A model generated the notes under the pieces. It searched no databases, was not told where the DNA came from, and was given only the letters and a program-made list of their open reading frames with translations. From the IMG/VR virus record IMGVR_UViG_3300048691_000224: a stretch of 64,000 nucleotides of DNA, one strand, 5' to 3'. The DNA is from a virus. Lineage: Duplodnaviria > Caudoviricetes. The position numbers and the translations under genes are program-made. Of this stretch, positions 51,698 through 62,107 are shown piece by piece (the stretch's first letter is position 1; each line of letters starts with the position of its first letter).

Positions 51698-52665
51698 TGA
51701 GGAATCTCATCCTGATTGTTTGCTGCTCTAAATTTTGCTAATCGGGCAACGAGGCGTGCGTTTTTTTGTTCTTCACGGGCTTCGTCTTCCTCTTGCTCCA
51801 TGGCAGCGATTTCTTGGTGTTGGCTGATTTCTTGGTTGAGCTTGTCGTGTTCGACAGAAGCTAGTGTGGCGGCTGTTTTAGCTTTGTCTACCTCAACAGC
51901 TGCTGCTCGAGCTTCTGTCTCTTGTTTCAGTAGGTTGATTACTGATTGCAGTAAATCGACTGTCGAAGCAGTATCCTCAACACTTGGTTCACTTAGCGCA
52001 TCAGCTGCTGGTTCTTCGAGTTCTGGAGCCGCTGCATCATCCGCCAAATCTAGTGGTGGAGTGTCAGTCAATTCTGGATCTTCTGTGGGTTCAGTGTCAG
52101 CAGGCTCGTCTTCATCAGCCTCTGTGAGCTCTTCATCACCCTCAATATCCTCATTCCACTCTACATCTAAGATTTCAAAATCTTGACGTAAAATATGGAT
52201 AATTTCAGCAACTTCTTTGCCAGAAGCGTTATCTTCAAGCAAATCTGCTAACTGAGTTTCAAACTCCGCCGCATCTTCTCTTGGTACAGTAACCTTGATT
52301 ATGTGTCCGTCTGCATCTTGAAGGCCAAACACAGATACAGCGGTGGGGGATGATGTTTCGGACTGTCGGACAGCACTATCAACACGGGAATTGGTATCAT
52401 CCACCGTGCGTTTAACACGCTCAGTAGCCTCAGCACTAATATCATCTTCCTCCGCCTCAATTAACAGGTTGCTTTTAGGTGTAGCATCAAACATCAGTGC
52501 AGTCGATAAATCAAACTGAACTAGGGTAGATTCACCCATTGTGATTGGGCGCCGGATCATTTTGCGGCGCTTGGCTTTTGGTACCAGCGCTGGGGTTGTT
52601 GCAATTGAGGTAGAAGATGTGCAACTTGCAGCATCTACCGCTTCTAGGATTTGAGTGAGTTTCAT
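51694..52665 (-). CDS. Acidic putative prohead core/scaffold-like protein
   Basis: MKLTQILE N-terminus, LxE sites, very acidic linker and coiled-coil C-terminus. Confidence 0.45.
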   Translation of the reverse strand: MKLTQILEAVDAASCTSSTSIATTPALVPKAKRRKMIRRPITMGESTLVQFDLSTALMFDATPKSNLLIEAEEDDISAEATERVKRTVDDTNSRVDSAVRQSETSSPTAVSVFGLQDADGHIIKVTVPREDAAEFETQLADLLEDNASGKEVAEIIHILRQDFEILDVEWNEDIEGDEELTEADEDEPADTEPTEDPELTDTPPLDLADDAAAPELEEPAADALSEPSVEDTASTVDLLQSVINLLKQETEARAAAVEVDKAKTAATLASVEHDKLNQEISQHQEIAAMEQEEDEAREEQKNARLVARLAKFRAANNQDEIPQ

Positions 52666-52697
52666 ATAGTACAGGACTTTTCGTATGTGGTATTGGA

Positions 52698-54101
52698 TTA
52701 CTTATTGGTCAAATATGATTTGTATATGATGCCGATCACACCCGAAGTGGTTTGTTGGCTGCTAACTTTAGCGATCATTGATTGAATATCTGTTATTATT
52801 TCAGCCGACATCGTTAGTGTCCGATTAATAATTTCAGGTGAATATTTGAATTCTCGTGAATCCGCGAGTTGCAATCTAAGAGTTGCTACGTGCTGCTTGA
52901 AGTTAGTGTTCAGTACCTTTGCTGATCGTAGAGCGTGCTCGAGGGCGGACACAACATCACTGCGGACTGAACTTACGTCGAGGGATGAGAAGTCAGGTGT
53001 AGTTGCCAGAAATTTTCTAATCATTGTTGGCCGAGCAAGTTGATCATACTCAAATATCTCCGATAGAGTTTTCAACAAGTCAGTATAAACTGATCCTGTT
53101 CTCGTATCGATCAATCGGAGTTCATCCGCCACCTGCTTTGGCATTGAGCTCTTTAGTTGCCCACGAATTGCAAAGTTGAAATTATTGAATGCTGTAAACA
53201 CATCCTTATCAACAATTTTAACTTGTGTATTAGTTGCAGGGTCAAACAATACTACCCCCTCGACACCCGGATCGATGCTTTTATCAACACCACCAACATC
53301 TCTCAGGGATGGAGTGAGGGTTCTGACAAATTTAATCAATAGTTCTTGTTTGATTGGGAGCTTGAAGTTGTGTAGGATTACATCACCTATCTGCTTCTTC
53401 AATGCAACAATTTCAGGTGCCCTCGATTGTAGAGCTATCAATTCTCTGATTGTTGGTGAACTCCCTGATGCTAAATCAACCGTACCGTCGAGGTATTGAT
53501 TCAGTTGAGAGATTTGCTCACTAAAGTCTACTGCAGATAATTGTTGAGTATCTAATTGTTGAGGAGTGACGAACCTCCAGGTAACTGGCTCATTTGAGTT
53601 AATTACTGTCTCTCCGTCTGTCGAAGTGTATAATTTAGTATCAATTGTCACTGTCGGAAACTTAATTCCTTTGAGAGAGGCAATGATGGAGTCAGAGTCA
53701 GGTGATAATGCCCGCAAAAATGCGATACACGACGATCCATATATAATTGCATTTGGTTGTGCGCCAAACAGTACTTCAACTTCAACTAAGGTATTTGCTG
53801 GTAATACAGGCTTCAGTAGTGGAGCGATTTGGCGCAGGGCTTGGTGTGCAGACTTAAACCCAGTCATTGCTGCGGAGTCTCCCCACTCTTCGGGGTCATA
53901 TCGCCTCGTCGCTGACCCTTTCTGTTGCCGAGAACAGAAAAGCTCCCCACCATCATCAATTCCAAATGTGAGTGCAGCACCATCTAGCTTTTCAGTAGCT
54001 ATAAATTTGGATAATCTGGTGATGACACCAATAAAAGAATCTAAATCGAGATCTTCTATGTGAGTGATTCCTTCTGAAAGATATTGCTTGAAAGATCGCA
54101 T
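52698..54101 (-). CDS. Ligase-like covalent nucleotidyltransferase with capsid-targeting-like N-terminus
   Basis: MRSFKQYLSE; TEKLDG (motif I), EGVVL (IV) and VKIVDK (V); AATAAATA upstream near 54130. Confidence 0.55.
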   Translation of the reverse strand: MRSFKQYLSEGITHIEDLDLDSFIGVITRLSKFIATEKLDGAALTFGIDDGGELFCSRQQKGSATRRYDPEEWGDSAAMTGFKSAHQALRQIAPLLKPVLPANTLVEVEVLFGAQPNAIIYGSSCIAFLRALSPDSDSIIASLKGIKFPTVTIDTKLYTSTDGETVINSNEPVTWRFVTPQQLDTQQLSAVDFSEQISQLNQYLDGTVDLASGSSPTIRELIALQSRAPEIVALKKQIGDVILHNFKLPIKQELLIKFVRTLTPSLRDVGGVDKSIDPGVEGVVLFDPATNTQVKIVDKDVFTAFNNFNFAIRGQLKSSMPKQVADELRLIDTRTGSVYTDLLKTLSEIFEYDQLARPTMIRKFLATTPDFSSLDVSSVRSDVVSALEHALRSAKVLNTNFKQHVATLRLQLADSREFKYSPEIINRTLTMSAEIITDIQSMIAKVSSQQTTSGVIGIIYKSYLTNK

Positions 54102-54146
54102 TAAATTCTAGCCTGAGTGTTAGTGGGTTATTTATTATTTTACAAA

Positions 54147-55442
54147 TTATGTCAAGTCAAATATGCCTGTTATAGACTTGCGCTTTGGAAGTGGTGATTT
54201 TTCACCGTACTGTTTTTCTCGGGGATTGAAAATCTTCAATGATTTGGGTTTCCACCCTAGATTGACAATACTCCCGACACCATCAGAACTACGTGTTTTC
54301 AGAAACTGAAAACCGATCTGGCCAGCCGCCCGCATTGCGTCTGTCAAGTGGATAGCTAGACACCAATCTGAACTGCGGATCTTTTCCGCTCCACCAGCCT
54401 GATGACTCTGATCATATACCTCAACGTTCGCTGCACCTTTCGTAAGCTGAGAAGCTGTCAAGCCAATCATGTCATACTCCACAAGCAGATCAATAAATTC
54501 TTCAGTGATAAACTTATCACGAGTGCCGATGTTCTCAGTTGATACCGCCTGAATTGGGTAACACTTGTCGAGGTAGTCTAACACAATAACATCTGGTACC
54601 CACCCACGTTCGATTTCAATCTCTTTGATTAGCGCTCGAATATCATTGGCAGTTGTACCCAACCTCATCTTCTTGATTACTAAATCTCCATGAAATTCTG
54701 ATTGTGCATTCACAATTGCTTGCACATCCTCTACATTTTTATTGACATCTATTGAGCTTTTGTCGGAGATAATCATTTGGGTTCGTTTATCGAACATCTT
54801 CTCAGATAGCTCCAACGAGACACACAAACAATTCAAATACTTGCCATTCTCTTTCTGCTTGATCAAATTTAAACCAAAATTTAAAATCGACACACTCTTG
54901 CCACCGCCAGATATTGCCAATACCAACATCATCTCCGTTCTTGCGATACCACCATCCATCTTCTGATCGAGATCAGCATACCCTGTAGAAAAACGAGTCA
55001 CCTGAGCGTCTTGCCCTGCACGTTCTTCAATTTTATCAAAAAACGATATGCCGGTATCCTTATCAACACGAATAGAGATGGCGGTGCGGATTAGTGATTC
55101 TAACTCACCCAGTTTATTATTGATAATCAGTTCAGGTGATTTATCTACAATGATTAACCTGAGTGCTGATTGTTTACAGAACAGCTCCAGCCGCTCGGTA
55201 CTAAATTTAATTTGATCTCTAGATAGCTCTACAGTAGGGACATCAACGGTAGTCTCTGTACGGATCATTGTAGAAGAGGGTATACCATTGTAAGATACGT
55301 AATACTCTTGAATGAAGGAAATTACTTTGCGATATTCTGGATTGAAGTATTGTGGCTTTACGATTGTGGATGTTCGTGCAAATAGATTAGGGTCTGAAAT
55401 CCAATGGGATATTAGTTGTAGCTGTTGTTCAGAGTTTAACAT
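54147..55442 (-). CDS. 41: Replicative DNA helicase (T4 gp41/DnaB family)
   Basis: STGY..LD, AISGGGKS, SLELSE, VLDYLD, TASQL and KTRSS. Confidence 0.9.
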   Translation of the reverse strand: MLNSEQQLQLISHWISDPNLFARTSTIVKPQYFNPEYRKVISFIQEYYVSYNGIPSSTMIRTETTVDVPTVELSRDQIKFSTERLELFCKQSALRLIIVDKSPELIINNKLGELESLIRTAISIRVDKDTGISFFDKIEERAGQDAQVTRFSTGYADLDQKMDGGIARTEMMLVLAISGGGKSVSILNFGLNLIKQKENGKYLNCLCVSLELSEKMFDKRTQMIISDKSSIDVNKNVEDVQAIVNAQSEFHGDLVIKKMRLGTTANDIRALIKEIEIERGWVPDVIVLDYLDKCYPIQAVSTENIGTRDKFITEEFIDLLVEYDMIGLTASQLTKGAANVEVYDQSHQAGGAEKIRSSDWCLAIHLTDAMRAAGQIGFQFLKTRSSDGVGSIVNLGWKPKSLKIFNPREKQYGEKSPLPKRKSITGIFDLT

Positions 55443-55467
55443 TAGTTGTTCGTAGTGGTAATGGTAA

Positions 55468-55511
55468 AAAGCACCAATAAAGCTCGCGTGTCACGAGCAT
55501 AGTGCTTTTTC
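55468..55511 (-). terminator. Terminator-like hairpin
   Basis: AAAAGCAC...GCTCG..CGAGC...GTGCTTTT nested inverted repeat after 55567-55800. Confidence 0.5.
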
Positions 55512-55566
55512 ATAAAGTTGCCAACAGACTATCTGTTGGTTACCAACAGATGTATCTGAGTCAGGT

Positions 55567-57248
55567 TTAAGGAGTGTAGTATGGAACCAAGACTGTCGCA
55601 CCATTTACAGTCGTCTCAGCCCAACCGGTTGGAGTTCCCAGTGCTGACGTGTTTCCGCCATAAAAAGTTGATGTAACTGAACTGTCATCAACAGTTACAG
55701 TAGGTGCAACGCCGGGTGCTAGTGGAGCTGATGCGTCTGGAATTACCACAGTCTCAAATCTACGTGAAGCTGTGTTGAAGGTTTTTAGAGTAGTGGCCAT
55801 ATGTATATGTGATAGGTTTAAGTATATTTACTACACAAGAATGTATTGCTTCGGGATTGTTGTCATGGACGCTGGGTTAGATAGGATAAGTTGATATGAT
55901 TCTGCGACAAGACTACCGAACTCCGAATCTGTACCTTTCCAATAAACATTTTTTACAATATCCGCCGCGGTGATACTGGGAGCAGTAGTCAGTGGAATTA
56001 ACCAATCCCCATCTACCATGAGTTGCAGCGTCGATCCACGAGCAAGTAGCGATTGTGGTAACGTTGCTGAGTATAAAAAATATGGCTTCTCTAATGCAAT
56101 GTAACTATATTGATTCCACGGAGACTGAGAGATAACTCTATTGGTACTGTGTGCGTGGCCTTCAAACACTAGTGTAGTAGTGGTATAGTTAGTGCTACTC
56201 AACAACTTGACACGAATTGGTATTTCAATAGTAGGCAAATTCCTATCAACCGCGATGGTGAGCCTGTTGTTAAACAGAAGCGGTGGTGAAGTTACTACAG
56301 TCGGAGGCAAGTGTTTGACTGGTGTTCTGTATTGATTATCAGTAACCACAATTGTACCAGTCCGTGTGTAACCCAAATCGATTGTGATACTATATGCTGT
56401 CTGCGCTACAATTGTGAATGCCATCTGCTTGATTGTAGTGACAGATGTGCCGTTCGACACAGAAACAAATGGTTCAATTATTACAGAACCAAGGTGCCCG
56501 AACTGGTGAGGAATTTCGACAATTTGTTTATCGACGAAAGAGTGTTTGAACACTCGCGTTTTTTCACGCCAAGTCAATTCTGATCGCGGCGATTGTTGTT
56601 GGTTGGCGTCCCGTACCATCCTGCCGCTACAATTTTCAGTCAGAGTGCAATTATCCAAAAAGGAAATAGTACCGCCAGTAATGCGCTTGTATGCAGCTTT
56701 TTTGCAAGTCAAGCAAACGAGCATTTTGTTCACTACTCGCTTCGTTGTGATATTTTCTAATGGTATCATGTTGTGTAAATCAATTGAAGTAGTTCCCTAT
56801 AAGAGGGGGCAACTGATTGAGATACCAGGACCACCTTGCGCATTCCGTATATTTCGAGTTCTGTGCCTTCCATAATCGCATCAGTCAACTCTCCTGTCGA
56901 ACTGTATCTGTCTCGGAGCGTATATTCCAACAGCTCGAGTGATAGTATATCAACATCAGAATCCTGCTTGAATACGACTGGGCGCCAGCTAAATTCTCCT
57001 ACTGGGAACGCATAGCAGGTCGAGTCGACATTTGTCGTCAGACACCTGACAGATGCTTTCGGATAATTGCTGAGTTGGTCCTGAATAAGGTGGTGTCTCC
57101 CCAAGTCAAATGAGGAGTGTCGAACTTTGCAGATACTAAACAAGCTGGTGGAGTTACCGCTCTTTAGACCGACGGTTGTTAACCGATCCAGCGCTTGCTT
57201 GCAATTATTTCTGATATATCTACACTGATCTGTGGATAATTCAATCAT
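55567..57248 (-). other. Three hypothetical CDSs (55567-55800, 55831-56769, 56766-57248), probably late
   Basis: TAAATA motifs upstream near 55825 and 57285; 55831-56769 has Cys motifs and beta-rich composition. Confidence 0.5.
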
Positions 57249-57313
57249 CGTAGGTGTGCGTCGAGTATTGGGGGTAGTGTGCAGTATTTAGCCTCACTAC
57301 CCCCAATAACTTA

Positions 57314-58456
57314 TTATTCGACTGAATCCTCAATAGTCTCAGTTGCCCATGCTGGTTTATATTCAGAATACCGCTTGATTAAAAATTGTGGATAGTCCAC
57401 AATCCGTCCCAAGTAGGTATTCATCATCAATTGCATCAGGTCAGGATGTTCGCACTGTGCCTTGATTGCATAGTCCTTGCGCTCTAGTAGCTTGTTTTCA
57501 GCATAAAATTTACTGACTTGAGACTCAATCGAATTAAGAATTGGGAACACGTGATTCTCCATTGCTGTGATTCGATCTTGGACGTACTTGTCATCACCGA
57601 AGATACTGCGAATATCGTCCGTCCCCTGGACCGCGGCTAGTTCAAATAGTGCGCGGGGGCTGTTGACATTATCCTTCTGCTTATGCAACAGAACGTATTT
57701 GTCAGCCTTACACTTCACTAGGTACCGTACCCCTGTCGTAGGGTTGTGCATCTCGACTACACAACCTTCACCTTCTTGCAATTGCTTGCAATACTCATTG
57801 AATTCTGATGGGATCATTTCTGGAAACCCGTGAGAGACTAGGTACTCACTCGGGACAGTAACACCAGTAACTTGTGCTATTTGTGCTGGGAGAATATACT
57901 CCCCTGTTGCCAAACTCCGGATGCCCAAAATTCGCAATTGTGGGATTTGATATCCCACAACGATTCGATTGTGTGGTGCGGTGTACTCCAGACTGACTGT
58001 GTAACCAGATAACTCCAGCATTTTTAGCGCGATCCGCAGTTCTTCGTGGTATGAGATGTAATATGCTGCGTCGCCTGACTGATCAGAATACACCGAACCC
58101 TTAGACTTAACATGTAGATTGCCGTTGACCAACATTGTGCTAATTAGTGATCCATCTAGTTTTTCCATTGCACTCGAAATAACACACTCATCGTGGTCCA
58201 CCCCACCTTCGGCAAAATTAAAGAATTTTTGAGGTGGGAGAGAAATCAACTGAGGGTTGCCTGTGATGTCATATGTCGTGCCACGACAGTCAAGTGCACC
58301 TGGCTTCTGGAATTCTGTCCACGACGCGAGGCGGTAGTTGAAAATTCGAAGGACTCTCCCCAGATATTCAAAATCTTTGAAGTAAAAAGTATCACCTTCA
58401 CTGCATAGAGCCATAAGGTCTGTATACAATGTATTAGCATTGAACTTAGTTGACAT
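57314..58456 (-). CDS. rnlA: T4 Rnl1-like RNA ligase
   Basis: FNYRLASW, ALDCRG, PPQKFFN, MEKLDGSLI, SLEYTAPHNRIVVGY, EGEGCV and VKCKADKY. Confidence 0.92.
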   Translation of the reverse strand: MSTKFNANTLYTDLMALCSEGDTFYFKDFEYLGRVLRIFNYRLASWTEFQKPGALDCRGTTYDITGNPQLISLPPQKFFNFAEGGVDHDECVISSAMEKLDGSLISTMLVNGNLHVKSKGSVYSDQSGDAAYYISYHEELRIALKMLELSGYTVSLEYTAPHNRIVVGYQIPQLRILGIRSLATGEYILPAQIAQVTGVTVPSEYLVSHGFPEMIPSEFNEYCKQLQEGEGCVVEMHNPTTGVRYLVKCKADKYVLLHKQKDNVNSPRALFELAAVQGTDDIRSIFGDDKYVQDRITAMENHVFPILNSIESQVSKFYAENKLLERKDYAIKAQCEHPDLMQLMMNTYLGRIVDYPQFLIKRYSEYKPAWATETIEDSVE

Positions 58457-58548
58457 GTTTAAATATTTCCTTGATTCGGGGATTGTTCAGATGAGTTTAT
58501 TATACCCTAATTCCAGATTAAGGCAACAGAGGTTCTGGATAAAATTAT

Positions 58549-59607
58549 TCAGAGTACTACAGAAAGTCCAAGCAACCCGACTGCAATTACCGCCAATACC
58601 GAGTTCACACCTGGAATCAACATCAAGATTATGAGAGTGGGTAGGTGCCAGTCGAGCCAATTACCAAACATCGGAACATTTTCTTCTTCCACGAGAACTT
58701 CCACTCCATCAACTTGAGTACTTTGGAGTCGGTTACCAAACCGATCGACTCTCGCACTCAGTAATCGTTCTTTATTGTAGGCTTCGAACATAATGAATCC
58801 GAGAGCCCCACAGAGTAACATGCTGACTACATACAATAAACCACTTGCCATATAATTCTCCAGTTAAAATAATTTAGTGTCCAAGAAATTTCTCTTGTGG
58901 GAATCACGGTCTCTCGATGATCGATTGAATATATTATCGATGGAGACGAGGATAACCCACACACTGGTACCAAATACAATCATCACAGGAATTATCATGT
59001 TGACCCCGGGAATGAGCGAGGTGACAATTGTGACTAATAGTGTCCCGATTGTGACAGCTCTGAAGTGCAATTTGATCGCAATTACCATCACAACGAAGCA
59101 AATTGCAATAGACGTGAGATATAACTGAGTTTCCATATTAAGGGGTCTCCGGTGTGGTTTTAGAGGGTGATGAAACGGACTTCATTAGCTCTTCGAGCAT
59201 TCTACGCTGGGATTCGAGTGTAGAGATTCGATCACTAAGTTTTTGAACTGCCGTCATGAGGCGAGGTTCCAAAAGTGAATTCTGTGGGTCTTGTTCTGTC
59301 ATGTGTGCGTTTAGTCCATACAATAATCAATGAATCGGCCGGCTAAGTTCCGCGCGCACGCATACCCAAGAGCGTCGATTAGGATAGCCATGTCGCTACC
59401 AGGATGAATATCTGCATGGTTAATATTTAAATTAGCGAGGTTCACAAGTTTGGATGCATGATATAACACCAACTCAGCATCAGCGTGTGGATGTTCCCTA
59501 TAGGCGTCATATGAGATCAAAATATCTGCAACCTCAGCCTTTGTTCGGATGGAGTTTACGTAATCTGTCACATAACGAGTCAGAGATAGCATTTTGTAGG
59601 TTCTCAA
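58549..59607 (-). other. Four small hypothetical CDSs (58549-58851 and 58864-59136 membrane; 59138-59323; 59311-59607)
   Basis: ORF track; the two membrane ORFs share a (L/S)LIPGVN motif. Confidence 0.5.
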
Positions 59608-59696
59608 ATAAGTTGTGGTATAGATCCAATTGTACTCAAATAAACACGAAAGGTCAACACATCACACATACACCACATAAATAGTGCATCTACACT

Positions 59697-60689
59697 ATGA
59701 GAACATTTATGAACTTCCTGAAATACTTATCTGAAGGCATCCGAACTGCAGATTTTGCGCGTTCTATTCAACTTATCAAGCAATATCTTGAAAAATCAAC
59801 AGGCACCCTATATGCACTCCCTGAGATGGAGCACTACAAAGGCGCCGCCGGCACCGGAATTGGCTTGAGATATTTTACCGAATCAGGTAAGAGTGTTCGG
59901 TTCAACTGGACTCGCAGTGACTCAGCGTCTGTACTCGAATCCATATCTGTTTGGGATGGCTCTACCAAGCACCCCAACTTTCAGATCACAGCTATTGATG
60001 GAGCACCACTCGGGACACTATCACTGGCAACCATTCTCCCTACACTCAGTGCTGTGATCGTATCACCAAGAGTTGGTGTGGTTGAATTGTCGACTGAAGA
60101 GTCGCGTGCTCAAATCGCACTAGATGTAAAAGTACTCCGCGAATCAGAAAGTGTTTACTATGTGAATACACTATCGAAGTCCCCTGTAATATTAACTGAG
60201 GATGCGTATAGTGACGTTATTGATGCACTGAGTGCTGGTCCTGTGTCTAAGTTCAACATTTCCAAGATGGGCCGCAACCAAGAACGAATTTTCGGTGAGA
60301 TTACTCAGAAGTACAAAGATGCGTTTGATATTAAGACAGATGGTGCTGGTAGGCAGAGATTTACACTAATCGGCTCTAGTGCCGACTTTGATCGCGATGA
60401 AATTGTACAAAGTGTTCTAGATTCGGCACCCAAGAAAGGAAGAGCAGCTTTGGAGGTTCGGAGTGGTGGTGATGAATCAACGAGTACTGATTCAGAAGAT
60501 CGTGCAGCACGTGCTTACCCTGAGGCCACACAGAGTCGTATTCCTTATGAAGAGCAATTAGATGATATGAAAACCATCATCACGGCGGTAGCAAAGGGCG
60601 CAAGTAACTTCGCGATTGTATTGGGCGCTGGGGGGTTGGGAAAATGTTTGGACCCTAATTCGGAATTGGCTGGGGTATTTGGCGAGTAA
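59697..60689 (+). CDS. N-terminal half of a split AAA+ ATPase: 316-aa N-extein fused to a 14-aa N-intein
   Basis: Ends ...IVLGAGGLGK|CLDPNSELAGVFGE*. Walker A is cut before its Thr. Cys1 at 60645-60647 starts an intein block A pattern. Confidence 0.88.
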   Translation: MRTFMNFLKYLSEGIRTADFARSIQLIKQYLEKSTGTLYALPEMEHYKGAAGTGIGLRYFTESGKSVRFNWTRSDSASVLESISVWDGSTKHPNFQITAIDGAPLGTLSLATILPTLSAVIVSPRVGVVELSTEESRAQIALDVKVLRESESVYYVNTLSKSPVILTEDAYSDVIDALSAGPVSKFNISKMGRNQERIFGEITQKYKDAFDIKTDGAGRQRFTLIGSSADFDRDEIVQSVLDSAPKKGRAALEVRSGGDESTSTDSEDRAARAYPEATQSRIPYEEQLDDMKTIITAVAKGASNFAIVLGAGGLGKCLDPNSELAGVFGE

Positions 60690-60755
60690 CTCCTCAAATA
60701 TCACTACCCCTTCCTGATCCACCAGGTCCGAGTAGCACACAACTATGGAATGTTG

Positions 60756-60793
60756 TATAAATATAGGGTTAGCAATCAACCCTATATTTTATA
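60756..60793 (+). promoter_or_regulatory. T4-type late promoter overlapped by a hairpin abutting the endonuclease start codon
   Basis: TATAAATA at 60756-60763; 12-bp perfect inverted repeat at 60759-60770 / 60778-60789. Confidence 0.75.
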
Positions 60794-62052
60794 TGACAAC
60801 AATAACCAAAGTAACCCGTGTAGCAAACACACCCAACACTATTATCGAACTTTCCACTCCCGACGAAGTACTAGAATATTGTTTCATTCGAGAACTTTTG
60901 TATCGACACGAATGGAGGGGCTGGTTTCCTGAAACTCTACACAACGTGCAAGTGTTCTTGGATACAACTCCAACAATATCCCAAACTAAGGGGGATCTTG
61001 CATTGAGGTTTGGGGTAATTAACCCCAACAAAACAGCAAAACCCAACAATGTAGAACACTGGATTCGCCGAGGATGGAGCGAAGATGATGCAAAGCACTA
61101 CATATCTGAGCAACAAAAATCTCGCAATGCTATTAAGCAACTGGAACTAAATTTAGATCACTGGATTGGATTAGGACATTCTATAGAAGAAGCGCGTGTG
61201 TTGGTTGATGATAAGCGGTATGGATTTACAGCAAGGCGCCCAGAGTATTGGGTAAAGCGAGGATACTCATACGAAGAGGCAGTTGAACAAGTCACGGCAC
61301 ATCAGGGAGCACATTCTCCTAAAACTATTGGATATTGGGAACAGCAAGGTTGCTCTCGAGAGCAGGCCACGAAGGAGGTTCAAAAAGTTCAACAACATGC
61401 AGCAGACGGCGCCAAAGCGGCTTGGAAGGCAGGACTGATTGATAAAAGTACACGCAACACAAACTTACAATATTGGGTCAACAAGTGCAATGGCAATGTT
61501 GAACAAGCGGAAGTTTTATTGTCTAATAGACAACGAACCTTTTCACTGGACATCTGCATCGAAAAGTATGGGGAAGTCGACGGGTTGATTAGGTTCAAGG
61601 AACGTCAAGCACTATGGCACAAAAACTTTAAGAAACAAAATTATAGTAAGATATCACAGGTGCTGTTTGATGGGGTTTGCCAAATGCTGCCTGATACGAT
61701 CAAGGAATTACCGATATATTATGCAACCAGGGTAATTGGTAACGATACAGATATCAAGAATAACGAATTTACTCTAGAACTCCAAGAAACATTTTGTAAG
61801 CCTGATTTCTATATTCCAGATTTGGAATTAATCATTGAGTTTGATGGGCAATATTACCATCGGACTGACGATTACACATATTACACAGCTGATAAAAAGC
61901 GTAGGGATGACAAAATATTAGAAATGTATCCTAACATGTTAATCAGTCATATTACAGAGACGGAGTTTAATGCGGATGCGATGGCGGTTATTAAGCGTGT
62001 TGTTGATACAATTCAAACCCGTCACAAAGCTTTTAGTACTCAGTTCCAGTGA
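60793..62052 (+). CDS. Free-standing Vsr/EDxHD-like (DUF559-type) homing endonuclease with N-terminal tandem repeats
   Basis: Repeats of (H/Y)W..xG.S.EEA; C-terminal KPDFYIPDLELIIEFDGQYYH; start placed at ATG 60793, downstream of the late promoter. Confidence 0.82.
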   Translation: MTTITKVTRVANTPNTIIELSTPDEVLEYCFIRELLYRHEWRGWFPETLHNVQVFLDTTPTISQTKGDLALRFGVINPNKTAKPNNVEHWIRRGWSEDDAKHYISEQQKSRNAIKQLELNLDHWIGLGHSIEEARVLVDDKRYGFTARRPEYWVKRGYSYEEAVEQVTAHQGAHSPKTIGYWEQQGCSREQATKEVQKVQQHAADGAKAAWKAGLIDKSTRNTNLQYWVNKCNGNVEQAEVLLSNRQRTFSLDICIEKYGEVDGLIRFKERQALWHKNFKKQNYSKISQVLFDGVCQMLPDTIKELPIYYATRVIGNDTDIKNNEFTLELQETFCKPDFYIPDLELIIEFDGQYYHRTDDYTYYTADKKRRDDKILEMYPNMLISHITETEFNADAMAVIKRVVDTIQTRHKAFSTQFQ

Positions 62053-62055
62053 ACA

Positions 62056-62083
62056 AAAAAAAAGCGCCTCAGGCGCTTTTTTT
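62056..62083. terminator. Bidirectional Rho-independent terminator
   Basis: A-run, AAGCGCC-TCA-GGCGCTT, T-run, between convergent genes. Confidence 0.8.
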
Positions 62084-62107
62084 ATAACACTCTGTGATTT
62101 ATTTAAA

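Noticed and set aside
112-59684. Many plus-strand ORFs in the track (e.g. 1659-2075, 51716-52186, 53566-54063)
   Set aside because: They are antisense shadows of well-supported minus-strand genes, with no motifs or RBS.
60745-60792. ORF-track start of the endonuclease at 60745
   Set aside because: It lies upstream of the TATAAATA promoter; ATG 60793 fits the promoter and hairpin architecture.
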